DNA of 64,000 nucleotides. Source: Batkoa obscura. Its lineage: Eukaryota. A program made the position numbers and the translations under genes. Below the pieces are notes generated by a model. It was not told the origin of the DNA. It was given only the letters and a program-made list of their open reading frames with translations, and did not search any database. Below are positions 38,690 through 50,186 of the stretch, piece after piece. The stretch's first letter is position 1. Each line of letters begins with the position of its first letter. The stretch lies in assembly GCA_030770535.1 (NCBI GenBank), contig JASVEC010000011.1, forward strand, positions 682,001-746,000, given 5' to 3'.

Positions 38690-38785
38690 CTAACATGTTA
38701 AGAAAAAATAATACTTATATTTTATATAAAGGTATGCATAAGTAGATATTTATACAGATTTAAATTTCGTATCGGTATAATAATA

Positions 38786-38857
38786 GCCCGTTTGGCCAAG
38801 TGGTAAGGCGTCAGTCTTGTAAACTGAAGATCAGTGGTTCGATCCCGCTATCGGGCA
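38786..38857 (+). tRNA. tRNA-Thr (anticodon UGU)
   Basis: Acceptor GCCCGTT/ATCGGGC, A box TGGCCAAGTGG, anticodon arm TCAGT-CTTGTAA-ACTGA, T loop GGTTCGATCC. Confidence 0.95.
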
Positions 38858-38938
38858 GCCTTTCTTGCCTTATAAAGGCATTGCTAAGTACACTAATTAA
38901 GTTTCTTTTTTTGTTTCTTTTTAAAAATACTTCATTAA

Positions 38939-39016
38939 GGGGAGGGAGGTAGCCGAGTGGTAACACATTCCTTCTCCTCAGCCCAAGCTTGAACCTCGAA
39001 CCTTAGTCTGGCCGAG
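38939..39016. other. GC-rich tRNA-like fragment
   Basis: A-box-like TAGCCGAGTGGTAA on +, B-box-like GGTTCGAG/GGTTCAAG on -; no cloverleaf. Confidence 0.4.
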
Positions 39017-39811
39017 AAAAATGAATTGTCCATTAAAAAGTACTGTCAACATTATCTAATAAAATAGTGAAAAGTCTGTCTTAGCCGCCACATTACCTTC
39101 ATATCTTCTGAATCTTTAAACTTCAGATATTATATACATCGATATTCTTCAAATTCTTAAACTGTCTTAAATAAACCAACACATTCAGTATGGATGTATA
39201 ATTAAAAAATACTTTATTAATGATCAAAATATATTAATTAGGACATTGCTTTATTAAAGGTTGAATTAAATTGGCCTTATTTTAGATTATGAATGGAATT
39301 TATAATAGTGAATTGATAAAGGATAGGAAGTGTAAAAATCATATTAATTATATTAGAATGAATGTAATTATAAAAGTAAAATTTTACATTGTTTTTTTGA
39401 GCATATCATCTGTTTATATTTTTAGAATTTTTTCTATTAATATAGTTCGATTGTCTTTTAACTAACTTATATTATTAGTCAATAAATTAATGTTTAAAAA
39501 AGTTAAACATTCAGTTTGAATTATGATTTTTTATTATAAACTTTTTAGCACTTATAATTAATAAATTATTTTTAAATATGAATCCTTATAATTTATTTAA
39601 GCTTATATATATTTGGTAATCTAACAAAAAACTTATATCCTTCTTGACTATTGCTATTTTGAAAATAGAGGTATTAAAATAACTAATTTTGTTTAAAATT
39701 TATTTATTTTATGATGTTCTATCAAAACGTATGAACTTAGTTAAAATTTAGTGTTATTGACTTTTTAAAGCTTTTTTGACATTTAGTAAAAATTATCGTT
39801 TCAAACCAAAC

Positions 39812-40010
39812 TTAATATAATTTGTTAATATTAGGCTGTTTTCCATATTTCAGACACCTTCATTTAAATTTCTTGCTACTTTTTTTTACCTGAATTTAAG
39901 GATTTATGTAACTGTATATTTTTAAACTCAGGTAAAAAAAGCAACAATAGATTTAGATAAAAGTATCTTAAACATAGAAAACGACCTAATATCAATGAAT
40001 GTTATGTTAA
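39812..40010. repeat. Degenerate long inverted repeat (arms about 85-90 bp)
   Basis: ATATTAGGCTGTTTTC...TTTTTTACCTGAATTTAA against TTAAACTCAGGTAAAAAAA...GAAAACGACCTAATAT. Confidence 0.85.
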
Positions 40011-40743
40011 TTACTATGTAAATAGTTGCCATAAATAATAAATTAGGTTTTTAAAATTTAATATAAAAGCAGTTTTGCCCCATTGTAAACAGCTCATGAT
40101 TTGTGAATTATTATTATCTGGAAAAATAGGCAAATGAACTTTCAGTAAATGAATTATTTGCAATGGGAGGACACTAAAATAAGTGAGGAAGATAAAGATA
40201 CAAAATAAACACAGGAAATGTGGACAAAAAGTAACGATGAAAATAGAGATAAATGAATTCATTTTTTTCTAATAAAATGTAGAATAATAGTTGATCTTCA
40301 CATCACCAATTTAACTTAAAGTATAGCAAAGCACGGCACTTTTTAGTATTCTCTAAGAAAAAATTAAGAATTTTATTTTTTTCTCATGATAAGAAGGGTA
40401 TTCCATTCTGTTTTCAAATCTGTGTAATTTTCAATTAGTAAATTAGCACATTTAAAGATTAGGAAGTAGGAATATACTATAAACAAGACGAAGCTACAGA
40501 ATAAACTTCAACTTAAATAAAGAACAATTTGTAAAATAAAAGTGATCTGTATTTTTATTGTATGTATCTATAATAAACAATTTGGCTATTCTTTAAGCCT
40601 ATTTCTATTAAGCAATCTGACCATTTGAATATAAACTTGTACTGTAGTTATAGTAAACGCTTGCTCATTGAAAAGTATAAAAACCTTATAAAATGCGGCA
40701 TTATACTAAATAACTTTTAGTTTTAATTTAACTAAGTTATAAT

Positions 40744-41850
40744 ATAGAAGATACTTTTAAGCTACTATAGCCTGCTCTTCATTGCTTTATTTTATGGTGT
40801 ATCATTAGCCCAACGATACCAAGCAGCTGCAAGTCGCTGTAATATTGCTACTACCGTCAATGGTGGTAAGATATTGTCACCAAACAATGGTAATGGTAAG
40901 ATATTATCATCAAATGACAACAAAGCCAGCTTGAACAACAATACAGACAAAATCCCATATGTAGACGACTACTTTAAAGACTTGATGGAAAATTTAAACT
41001 ATTTAAGAAACCACACCAAATTTGAACCCCAGGAATTGCCCGATTCACGTGCGTTTGAAAGGCCAACTCAGCTGAAAAGGAGTGATATTCTAACAAGTAA
41101 ACATTATGTTAGATTGGCTGGAGCTGCTTATTGTAATGATGTAAATTTAAAGGCCTGGTCCTGCTCTCATTGTAAAGAAGTCCCAGTTCAGCATGTAGCC
41201 ACTTATTTTGACAAGTCAATGCAAACCAAAGCTTATTTAGCAATTGATGAAAACAAAAAATCAATTATTTTAGGTTTCCGTGGAATTTCAACTTTGAAGA
41301 ATTTTATACAAGATGCTAAGTATTTTAAGGATCCAATTATATTAAATAAAAAATAATATAAAGTGCACCACGGGTTCAAAAAATGGAGTGATAGATTGTT
41401 ACCATTGTATATTAATGGCTTGAGAAGTTTATTGATTAAAAAGGAAGATTACAAGCTGGTTATTGTTGGGCATAGCTTAGGTGGTGCAATAGCCACATTG
41501 AGTCCTTTGATTTTAAGACAAAGACTAGGTTTGAATGACAATAAGCTATCAGTATTTACTTATGGTGAACCAAGAGTAGGTGATAAAGAATTTGCACGCT
41601 ATTTAAATCAACAAACTTTTACCTTAACTCGAGTTGTTAACAATAGAGATATAGTGCCTCATTTGCCTCCGCAAATTAAATTTATAATTATTATCACCAT
41701 CACAATGAGATCTGGGTAAACAGTGGTAAAGATGTCTATTGTAATGATAGCTATTTAGAAGATCCTAAATGTTCTACTTCAAAATGGTATGCCCCTTCGG
41801 TGAATGATCACTTGTATGTTTGGGGTATTAGATTGGGTGGTGAATGTTAA
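40744..41850 (+). pseudogene. Secreted class 3 lipase, disrupted
   Basis: AAYC, GFRG, GHSLGG, YGEPRVGD, DIVPHLPP, DHL motifs; start reads ATAG-AAG, in-frame TAA at 41354, frameshift near 41680. Confidence 0.85.
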
Positions 41851-41951
41851 TTTTAATAAAGGATTTTTGATAAAATTAATTACTTTATCATTTATAGTTT
41901 TTTATTTCTAATTATAATAAACAAATAAATATATAGGCAAAATGATTAAAA

Positions 41952-42150
41952 TATATAAAAAATATCCTATAGTGAATTTTTGTTAAATTTTATATTGTGT
42001 TTTTAGTGCTATTAATATTTGAGAATAATTTGATATATATGAGGCTATGTCAAAAAAAGTTAATTTTTTATAAATCAAAATTTCAGCTTAACAGTACAAT
42101 AAAAACAAAACAAAATAAGTTGAAATTCACTATATAGTGATTTTTATATA
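41952..42150. repeat. Degenerate inverted repeat (arms about 60 bp)
   Basis: TATATAAAAA...TATAGTGAATTT against AAATTCACTATA...TTTTTATATA. Confidence 0.55.
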
Positions 42151-42260
42151 ATATTATCTATTTTCATAAATTCATAAATTTCAAGGTCTATTTAAAAAGT
42201 TATAAATACTTTCTCAAAACTTTTCATGATCCCTATATATATATAAAATAAATTAGCTTT

Positions 42261-42363
42261 ATGTGGGTGTTTTTTTTAGTTTCATCACTTTTTCCATTTT
42301 TTAAGCACTATTTGAGTGGAGAAATCGTTAATAAAATTCTTAAACAAAATACATCCCCTTATG
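42261..42363 (-). mobile_element. MITE copy 10 (degenerate ends)
   Basis: Internal sequence matches the family; termini mutated. Confidence 0.85.
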
Positions 42364-42485
42364 ATTTTATTTGAAATTATTTATTACAGAAACACTAGTT
42401 TCAAGGTTTCAGTTTGATATAAAAATCAAAGCAATTAATTTTATTTCATGTATATCTTAATTATAATCCACATCCCATATCACAT

Positions 42486-45400
42486 TTATTTAGCCCTCTT
42501 AGATTTAGATTTAGGTGTCTTTGGTTGTGATTGCGGTTGTTGTTTTATTATTGGGGTCTCTGTACTTTGTTCTTTTTCCTTAGTTTCAGTAATTGTCTCG
42601 TCTGGCACTAAACTTAAATCGAATCCTGGTATATCTAAACCTTCCAGTATTTTCATAGGCAGTTTATCATTCAAGGGGTGATTAGGCGAATTATAGATGG
42701 AATCAAGTCGTTCTTTTAAAACTGGAATTCTAGATACCATATTTAATAAAGTTGCTTGTTGTTGAACTAAACTAATTAGTTGCGAGTCTCTTTGAAGTAT
42801 TGCTTTACGATACTGATTGATTTCTTCGGCTTGTGCTTTGATCACTTGTTGTTGTTGTATTGATTCTTGATTAAGCTTTTTAAACCTTTCGTTCATTAAA
42901 GTTCCATGCATAGTAAATTTATCAATCATATCTTTAAACTGTGCTCTTACAGATATAACAGGTAAAATAAGTGAAATGATAGCCTCCTTTGATAAATGAT
43001 CCAGTTTCTCTGGGTACCTTGCATAATCTGCTATATCCGTTAAAAAAAACATTCTGCTCTTATAAGTCCTTGAAAGCGTAGCTTCTGCTTCATCAGTGTC
43101 ATATTGAATAGTTTCGTTAATATTCATTGAGTTCATAGCTTCTGCTGCATCCTTCAAACTTATACCACTTTCCATCTCACATATTTTTTCAACTATATAA
43201 CTTTTGATACCCTTACTTAAGGCAGCAAACATATCTCTATCTGTTTTACCCGAGTTGCCACTCAACCTGTTGATATTATTTATTAATTGTTGATCTTCCC
43301 CAAATACCCCAAGTATAGTATCTAACTCAAATGACTTGGAGTGTGAGTTGGTGCCATTTGTAAGCTCTTCTCCTTCTTCTCTTTTTTCGTCATAATTTGT
43401 CAACTCTTTGATTGGATCTAATATTTCAACAGTATTTGATTCCGGCTGTGATGAAGATACTTTATTACCAACAGTATTATTATTCACGTGATTCAACGGG
43501 GTTGAATTTAAATCCTTATAAAGTTTGGATGGAACATTCGTCCTATTAGCTTCATCCTTTTTTACATCTATATTTTTCGGAGTGTTTTCGAGATTTTTAA
43601 TTATAGTAACAGGTTTTGGTGGAGGTGAATGCTCTAAAGCTGGTGAATTATTTTGAGCAGGACTTTCCGTTATTGGTGAGCTAATACTGCTATTCTCTGC
43701 TTCTTCTGCCTTTTTCTTTTTATTCTTTTTCTTATTCTTTTTCTTACCATCATTGGTACCAAGCTGATCCCCTACATCCTTCTTGCCATTCGTGTCATCT
43801 AAATCCCATTGTTTTAACAGTTGATTTTGTTTCTCTAAAGCTATGTATTTCTCTAATTCCTTAAATCCTTCTCTAAGTAAAAATTTGCCTATAATAACTG
43901 ATAGCATCTCCCGACCTTCTTTGATCCCTATTTCAAGTTCATCAACTATACTTCTTCTATCATTGCCTAAGCGAAAGATATGAGGGTCAAAGACTCTAGA
44001 GTATGACTCCATGAGTAAGATTGAAAACGAAAGTTGTGCCTCTTCAACTAAAGCATCTGTAGTGCTTAAAATATAATCAGCTAATTTATCCATGGAAAGG
44101 ATCATATTGAATTGGTCCAAAGCATACATTCTAAATGTGGCATGGTGGACTTCTAGCCTTTTGAATTGCTTTCTAAATTCTTTATTAGTAGCTCTCTCAA
44201 TTCTAGCAGCAACTGTTTTTAAAGAAGGGTCCTTCCAACTTTTTTCTATTTCTTCTTTTAAATTGTTATAAACTACATTTCTTTTACTTAATTCACTTAA
44301 TATAGCATTCGACTTAATCCTAGCTTGCCTATAAGCATCTTTGTATGCTTCACCGCAACTGAAATATTCATCACTCAACAAAGATTCTGCCTCTGTAAGT
44401 GAATCAAGTTTTAGCAACTCGTCAAAAAAATCCATCTTTTTAAGTCCATTTAATAGATTAACAGATGCAATCGCATTTACTTTGTAACCTGTCATCTTTT
44501 TCCTTGCACTTTCATATTTTTCGTTATTTTTCAACTTTCTAAATCTATCCTTTGAGCTAGCCAGTAATCTTTGTGAGGCTTCTACTACCTCATGAATAAC
44601 AGCTGTAAGAACTTGAAGCTCACTACGGATGCAAGAAGCAAAGCTTCTATGTGTAGTGGTTAAAATTTCTAAGTAATCATCAATGATCTTTTCCACATAT
44701 TTAACTGGGTTAGCTATCTCTTCCCCTTTCTTTCTATTCTTTTCTGCTTGACGAAACTTTTCTATCCCTTTAGACCAATTATCAGTAAAGTATCCAAAGT
44801 GTGCATGTGAAAAAGTGTCAGCATAGTTATAAGAACTCACCCTGTTTCCTTTAACAAGCTGATTTACTCGAGTTTGATCGATCCTTGTAATAGCATCAAA
44901 ATAGGAAAACGTAAAATTAAACGCTTCTTTAGATATAGCATCCCAATCTGAAGTAAGCTTAGGTACAAAGCTCCTTAGATAAGTGTGATACCTATCCACT
45001 GACACTTTGACTTCATCTGGCGTTTTAAAGTGCTTTGAGCTATGATTACATGAAGGTGTAGTCAATGATGACTGAAGTTTGGCTGTTATTTGTTTTAAGA
45101 AGCAAAAATCATCTCTATGTAAAGTAAAGTTTCCTTTATCGGAAGTATCTAAAGCGTCTAAAAGTAGCACATATTCCACCTCGTCAAAATCCTGTTCAAC
45201 ATCTTGAGGCTCGTCTTCAATGTCAATATTTAATTGATCAAGATAAAACTCCAAATAGGAGCTTGAAGAATAATCTTTTAAATTCCTTTCTCCAATGGTC
45301 ACAAGTTTTGTCAACAGATCGAAGTTAGGATTTGTAAAATGAAAACTCTTTTTATCGCTTTCCATTTCCATTTCAACAACATCTCTCAAATGGGCCATCG

Positions 45401-45725
45401 TTTTTTCTGGACAATGAACTACATTTGGAGGTTCGATATGAGATTCAACAAAATCTTCGATAAAATGTACTTGTGAAATGATATTTTTTTTTAAAACATA
45501 ATTCATCCATTCTCGACAGATATAACACCCTTCTTCGCAAGGTCGAAAGTTCTTTGCTTCTTTAATTACTTTATTGGTGGCTACTTTTAATTGCTGAATT
45601 TTACCAGTGTCTTCTTTTTTATTTCCTTTTTTAGTGTTAGTAATGCTTATGTTGTCATAGTTTAACTCCAATAGAGCATCAACAATTGATGGTCCATGGA
45701 AGTTTACATATTCAGATAAACTCAT
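42486..45725 (-). CDS. Large hypothetical helical/coiled-coil protein (1079 aa)
   Basis: Long intact ORF, Lys-rich tract KKKNKKKNKKKK, C-terminal coiled coil; no family recognised. Confidence 0.85.
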   Translation of the reverse strand: MSLSEYVNFHGPSIVDALLELNYDNISITNTKKGNKKEDTGKIQQLKVATNKVIKEAKNFRPCEEGCYICREWMNYVLKKNIISQVHFIEDFVESHIEPPNVVHCPEKTMAHLRDVVEMEMESDKKSFHFTNPNFDLLTKLVTIGERNLKDYSSSSYLEFYLDQLNIDIEDEPQDVEQDFDEVEYVLLLDALDTSDKGNFTLHRDDFCFLKQITAKLQSSLTTPSCNHSSKHFKTPDEVKVSVDRYHTYLRSFVPKLTSDWDAISKEAFNFTFSYFDAITRIDQTRVNQLVKGNRVSSYNYADTFSHAHFGYFTDNWSKGIEKFRQAEKNRKKGEEIANPVKYVEKIIDDYLEILTTTHRSFASCIRSELQVLTAVIHEVVEASQRLLASSKDRFRKLKNNEKYESARKKMTGYKVNAIASVNLLNGLKKMDFFDELLKLDSLTEAESLLSDEYFSCGEAYKDAYRQARIKSNAILSELSKRNVVYNNLKEEIEKSWKDPSLKTVAARIERATNKEFRKQFKRLEVHHATFRMYALDQFNMILSMDKLADYILSTTDALVEEAQLSFSILLMESYSRVFDPHIFRLGNDRRSIVDELEIGIKEGREMLSVIIGKFLLREGFKELEKYIALEKQNQLLKQWDLDDTNGKKDVGDQLGTNDGKKKNKKKNKKKKAEEAENSSISSPITESPAQNNSPALEHSPPPKPVTIIKNLENTPKNIDVKKDEANRTNVPSKLYKDLNSTPLNHVNNNTVGNKVSSSQPESNTVEILDPIKELTNYDEKREEGEELTNGTNSHSKSFELDTILGVFGEDQQLINNINRLSGNSGKTDRDMFAALSKGIKSYIVEKICEMESGISLKDAAEAMNSMNINETIQYDTDEAEATLSRTYKSRMFFLTDIADYARYPEKLDHLSKEAIISLILPVISVRAQFKDMIDKFTMHGTLMNERFKKLNQESIQQQQVIKAQAEEINQYRKAILQRDSQLISLVQQQATLLNMVSRIPVLKERLDSIYNSPNHPLNDKLPMKILEGLDIPGFDLSLVPDETITETKEKEQSTETPIIKQQPQSQPKTPKSKSKRAK

Positions 45726-46597
45726 ATTTACTGTATCTAAAACAATAGAACCAAATTAATTCTATAACTCTCATTTTATTAATATTATATATATAATCAG
45801 GTGCCAGATTGGTTGTTTATATCTTAAAGTTCAAATGGGATAGTTACCTTATTATCAAATATAAACAAAGGTTTGAAGCCAAAACTATGTATTACTATTT
45901 GATTAAAGAGATTTTGCAAATAAGTAGAAAAGTTAGCTTATTCCTTAATTAAGTAATTTGATCAAAGTGGTAGAAAATACTAACTTATTGGCCAAGGGTT
46001 TGTTAAATTTCTCAGCTATTGGCTATAGCTTGGAAATAAAAGAATTCGAATTATGGGTTGAAAACCCAAATGAGATGAATTTGTAGCATTAAGCGACTTT
46101 AGATGTCAGTGATTTACAACAGCACCTTGGGCTACTCATCAGCCCTTTACTTTAAGTCACCAAGCAAGAATTTATACTTTCAGTCGGTATTTATAAGGCA
46201 ACTTTTTAAGATGGGGAAACTCTAGGTGAGACTATGCAAAAATTAGCTAAAATTACTGGACATATATCTCTTAGCCAATAATTTTCATAAAATCTTATTG
46301 AACAAAAAGAGCTCATCTTTGAACTAGCAGGCATTTAGCCATCTTTGATAAGAGTCGCTCATGTCTTAAATTATAGTGTCAAGCTTTGATAAGATTTATT
46401 TTAGTCAACTATCGTGAGGGAAGGTGTATGTAGTTAACAAAGCTATTCTTCAAATAGGGATATGAAAATCTGCGACTTTAATATCTGCATTAGTTCAAAA
46501 AATTGCGAATTTCGGCCTATAGGGTTTAAGTTGCAAATTCTAGACTTGCAAAAAGATAAAGTTAAATTCTTTTGACGAAAGAAATAAACTTTAAAAA

Positions 46598-48359
46598 ATG
46601 GATCATCCAACACTAACTAATTACAACAATTTAACTTTAGTAAGGAAAAACACGAGTCAAAACAATTCAGGAGTAGGGACACCGAACACCAGTAATAAGA
46701 CGAAGATTCGTAAAACGGTTGATAAAAATATTAGCGAAAGTTTACAAGACATTATACCAGAAAGTAAACTATACAATAAATTATTAAAAGAAGAAAAGAG
46801 ATTGGATGGTTTACTATTAAAAAAGAGATTGGATTACCAAGATATTAAGTTTAAGACTGGAACTAAAGTATTTGGCTTTTCATTTATTTGAATTTTTAAC
46901 TTAGTTTTAGACATTTAGAACATTGCGTCTATTTATTAGTAATCAAGCTGCTTATCAGGCAGACAATACCAATTATCCAGACCCGCTATATCAAGTTAAT
47001 CAGGGCGAAATCCCTTCTTGGACATTGAAAATAGAAGGAAGAGTATTAATGGTATATTTTTAGTGAATCAGATAAAACAAATTAACTTGACATTTAGCCT
47101 ATTTCCGCAAATGGTAAAGCTAAAGGTGTAGCTAAGAAGTTTTCGTCTTTGATCAATTCTGTAGTTGTTGAACTTGAAAGAGACAGAAACCTTTACCCTG
47201 AAGGAAACCTAATAGAGGTGATATTGTATCTATGTTGTTTTTGCATATATATAACTTTTCATAGTGGTTCTCAAATGATCAAACACAAGAGGTAGATGGA
47301 TTCGAGATTAAAAGACAAGGGTCTGGGGATGTTAAATGCAAAATAGTCATTCAACTTAATCAACCATTGAATCGATTTAAACCAAGTTCGGAGTTAGCAG
47401 AAATTATAGTAATCGGTCAAAACCAAGTAAATAAAAGCAATTCAGGATTATTCACAAGATCAGAAGTTGTTATAATGCTTTGGCATTATATTAAAGTAAC
47501 TATTATATCAATGAAATTACAATTAACTAAACTTCGTAACTAGTTTCATAAGCTTAATGACCCTAAAGATTTAATTGCTATAAATTGCGATGTTAACTTA
47601 ACAAAAGTAAGAAAATAAGCGTTGTTTTAATTTGGTTTTTATTTATATAACCATTTTAGCTATTTGGAATGTCAAGAGTTACCTTTTCGCAAATCCCACA
47701 GCTATTAGATCGTCATTTACTCCCACCTGAGCCTATTGTTATTGATTATGTTGTTAGGTATAATTGACTTTTCATATAAAAATAAGATTGCTAATAACAC
47801 TTTTAGAACAAATAAAGAGCATACCAGTTCACCAGTAGTATTTGACATTGAAGTAGAACAAGAAGATGAATTTAAAACAAAATTAGGATCGATTTTAGGG
47901 AATACTTCTGCCAATCGCACAATTTTAAATTTAGATGATAAAGTAATTTTAACCAAATCATTAAATGGCAAATAATAATTTATGATGATTAGATTAACCA
48001 AATGCTTGTTGAAATTCAACAACGTAAAATGAAGAGGGATTTTATGATGGAATTTATTAATTCACCTGTTGACTTTATTAATAAATGGATGGATTCTCAG
48101 GCAAAAGATTTAGAAGTAAGGATAGCATTATATAATAAGAATCAAGTTTTATTATTGATTTTTAGGTTATCTTTGGTGAAAATCATGTCAATATGGAGGA
48201 TATACGTCATTCTCAATTTTATGATCAAGATTGGGTTAAAGAAGCCGTGTTTTATTATTTAAATAATAAGGTAGAATATTTATTAAATATCAATAGCTAT
48301 TAACTTTTTGATATTTTTAGTCGCAAGAAAATGTTTCTAATTCAATGTTAAACAAATAA
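46598..48359 (+). CDS. SNF12: SWI/SNF subunit Snf12/BAF60 (SWIB domain), multi-exon
   Basis: IPESKLY..L...EKRLD, RTLRLFISN, PSWTLKIEGR, DGFEIKR.G, LWHYIK, SPVDFINKWMDSQAKDL, FYDQDWVKEAV. Confidence 0.93.
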
Positions 48360-48472
48360 AATTTTTAATAACTAAATATACTACTAAGTGCTAGAGAATC
48401 TTTTGTTGCCTCATTTTTATTACCTTTGTAATTTGAATTTTGTAGTGTTTTATTCAATTTTACCGATTACCA

Positions 48473-49713
48473 TCAAACTTCCCATAATGAGATTTTATGA
48501 TCATTAGAAGCAATAAATAAGGCTTCTTTATCTTCAAGGGTGGTACAAAGTAAAGAGGTAATTGTTCCTTGATGATAGTTTAGAGCTTTTATAAGCCTTA
48601 AACTCTTTTTACTATATAATAAGATCTCCCCATCCGAATGAGCAGAAAATAAATAATATTGATTAGAAATACAAATAGCTTGAAGTTTGTCTTTGGTTTG
48701 TATCTTTTTCAACGAAATATCTTCAATATTAATTTTTAAATCATGCTATTAATTGATAAGTAAAGCGTTAAAAATCAATAAAACTGAATACCTCTTTATT
48801 TTCTGGATATTTTAAAATTACTCGTAATAAACCACCCTCATAGCTAGAACAATAAAGGGAAGTGTAATCATTGTCTATAACGATACAACTTATCATATTG
48901 TCCTTTTTAAACGGAGTTAGTTTCCAAATTTCTTTACTCTCAAGGGTATTTGTTAAACAATTAAAGCTAACAGTGCCATCAGAGTAGGCTAATATAAAAT
49001 AAGTAGTACTGTTATAATCGTACCAAAGGCTATGTACCACATCTAATAGAATTGAGCAAATAACAACAAATTTTAATTAGTTTTACCTTCTTTTCTACTT
49101 GATTTTAACCTTTTTACTATTTCAAAACTAGACATTTGTTTTAAGTTTACGCTTACAATTTGAGTCTCTGCATTTTGCGTAGGGCAAGAAAAGTAGGTAT
49201 TTTCGCTATTTAAATTGGTATTATCTAAATTGATAAAAATGTAGAATTATAAATAGTATGAACTAATTACCTAACAAATAAACTTTACAAAAGTTATAAG
49301 AAGTAGTGGCTAGACTTTTTAAAAAGGTAGGCTTTTCAAAGTTCTTTTTTAATAACTGTTCAAACTGTATTTCCCATTTCCAAAACGTAATACCTACTGC
49401 TCGATTATAAACACAAAAATAACCTCCTTTTATATCGATAATTTCTATTATACTATTTAACTCAACTACCTTTTCGTCTTTATATGGTAGCGAAATGGTA
49501 AAACATAAATGGTGAGTTTTCAAAGAATAAAAACTAATATCACCAATACTGTTACTATAAATATAAATATTAATAAGGAGTTTTGTTTATGATATTTAGT
49601 TACCCAACTAATAGAAATGGCAGCTGAGTTTGATTTTGACACAAAAAATGTACAATTTTTAAAGCTGTGATGGTATGTGGTTGACCTCGATAAACAAAAT
49701 AGGGTTTTAACAT
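48473..49713 (-). CDS. ASA1: WD40 protein, ASA1/GNB1L-like, multi-exon
   Basis: N-terminal PYFVYRGQPHTITAL and C-terminal DGEILLYSKKSLRLIKALNYH...IASNDHKISLWEV resemble the GNB1L/Asa1 termini. Confidence 0.7.
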
Positions 49714-49764
49714 TTTCAAATTTGAATTTTTAAACAAAAAACAAGTTTTTATCTTTTTATAAAA

Positions 49765-50186
49765 ATGAGTTATCGAAATTTCAATCAGATACGTGCTTTT
49801 AGTGTTAAAAGAACTTTATTTACAAATCCATTTAAACAGAACGATACCCTTTATTATAAATTAAAGCCAATATTGTTATTGTTGTTTGTTGGAAGTGGCA
49901 GTTTAAATTTACATTGGAGCAAACAACAGTACTCAGAAACGGAAATAAGCAAGGAAACAAAGATAATGTTACTTAATGAAAGAATTTCAGATTTAAAGAA
50001 ACAAATGAATATAGACGAAACTGAAATTAAGATAGGTAATATAGAAATAGCCTTATTTTAATAAACATTGATGTAAATATTGACTTTTTAGCCGAAAACA
50101 GAGAAAATGAGAGAAAAACGACTACTTTATTAAACGTATCTAAAGAAGAAAAATCAAAACTACCAAAGGGAGGCTATTTCTTATAA
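49765..50186 (+). CDS. Small putative mitochondrial single-pass protein with coiled coil, 2 exons
   Basis: Basic presequence-like start, hydrophobic helix, KIMLLNERI coiled coil; intron 50035-50091. Confidence 0.65.

Noticed and set aside
38786..38857. GCCCG...CGGGC ends recall tRNA-Sec
   Set aside because: The anticodon is UGU, the variable loop is short and the length is a standard 72 nt
40014..40262. 82-aa hydrophobic ORF
   Set aside because: Composition is explained by the purine-rich opposite strand; no other support
7921..42363. Repeat family read as a CRISPR array or bacterial REP elements
   Set aside because: Copies are dispersed in both orientations without regular spacers, in an intron-rich eukaryotic context
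45790..46520. GC-richer gap as extra coding exons of the 1079-aa gene
   Set aside because: The apparent upstream exon has in-frame stops just before the donor; more likely 5' UTR/promoter. An ncRNA cannot be excluded
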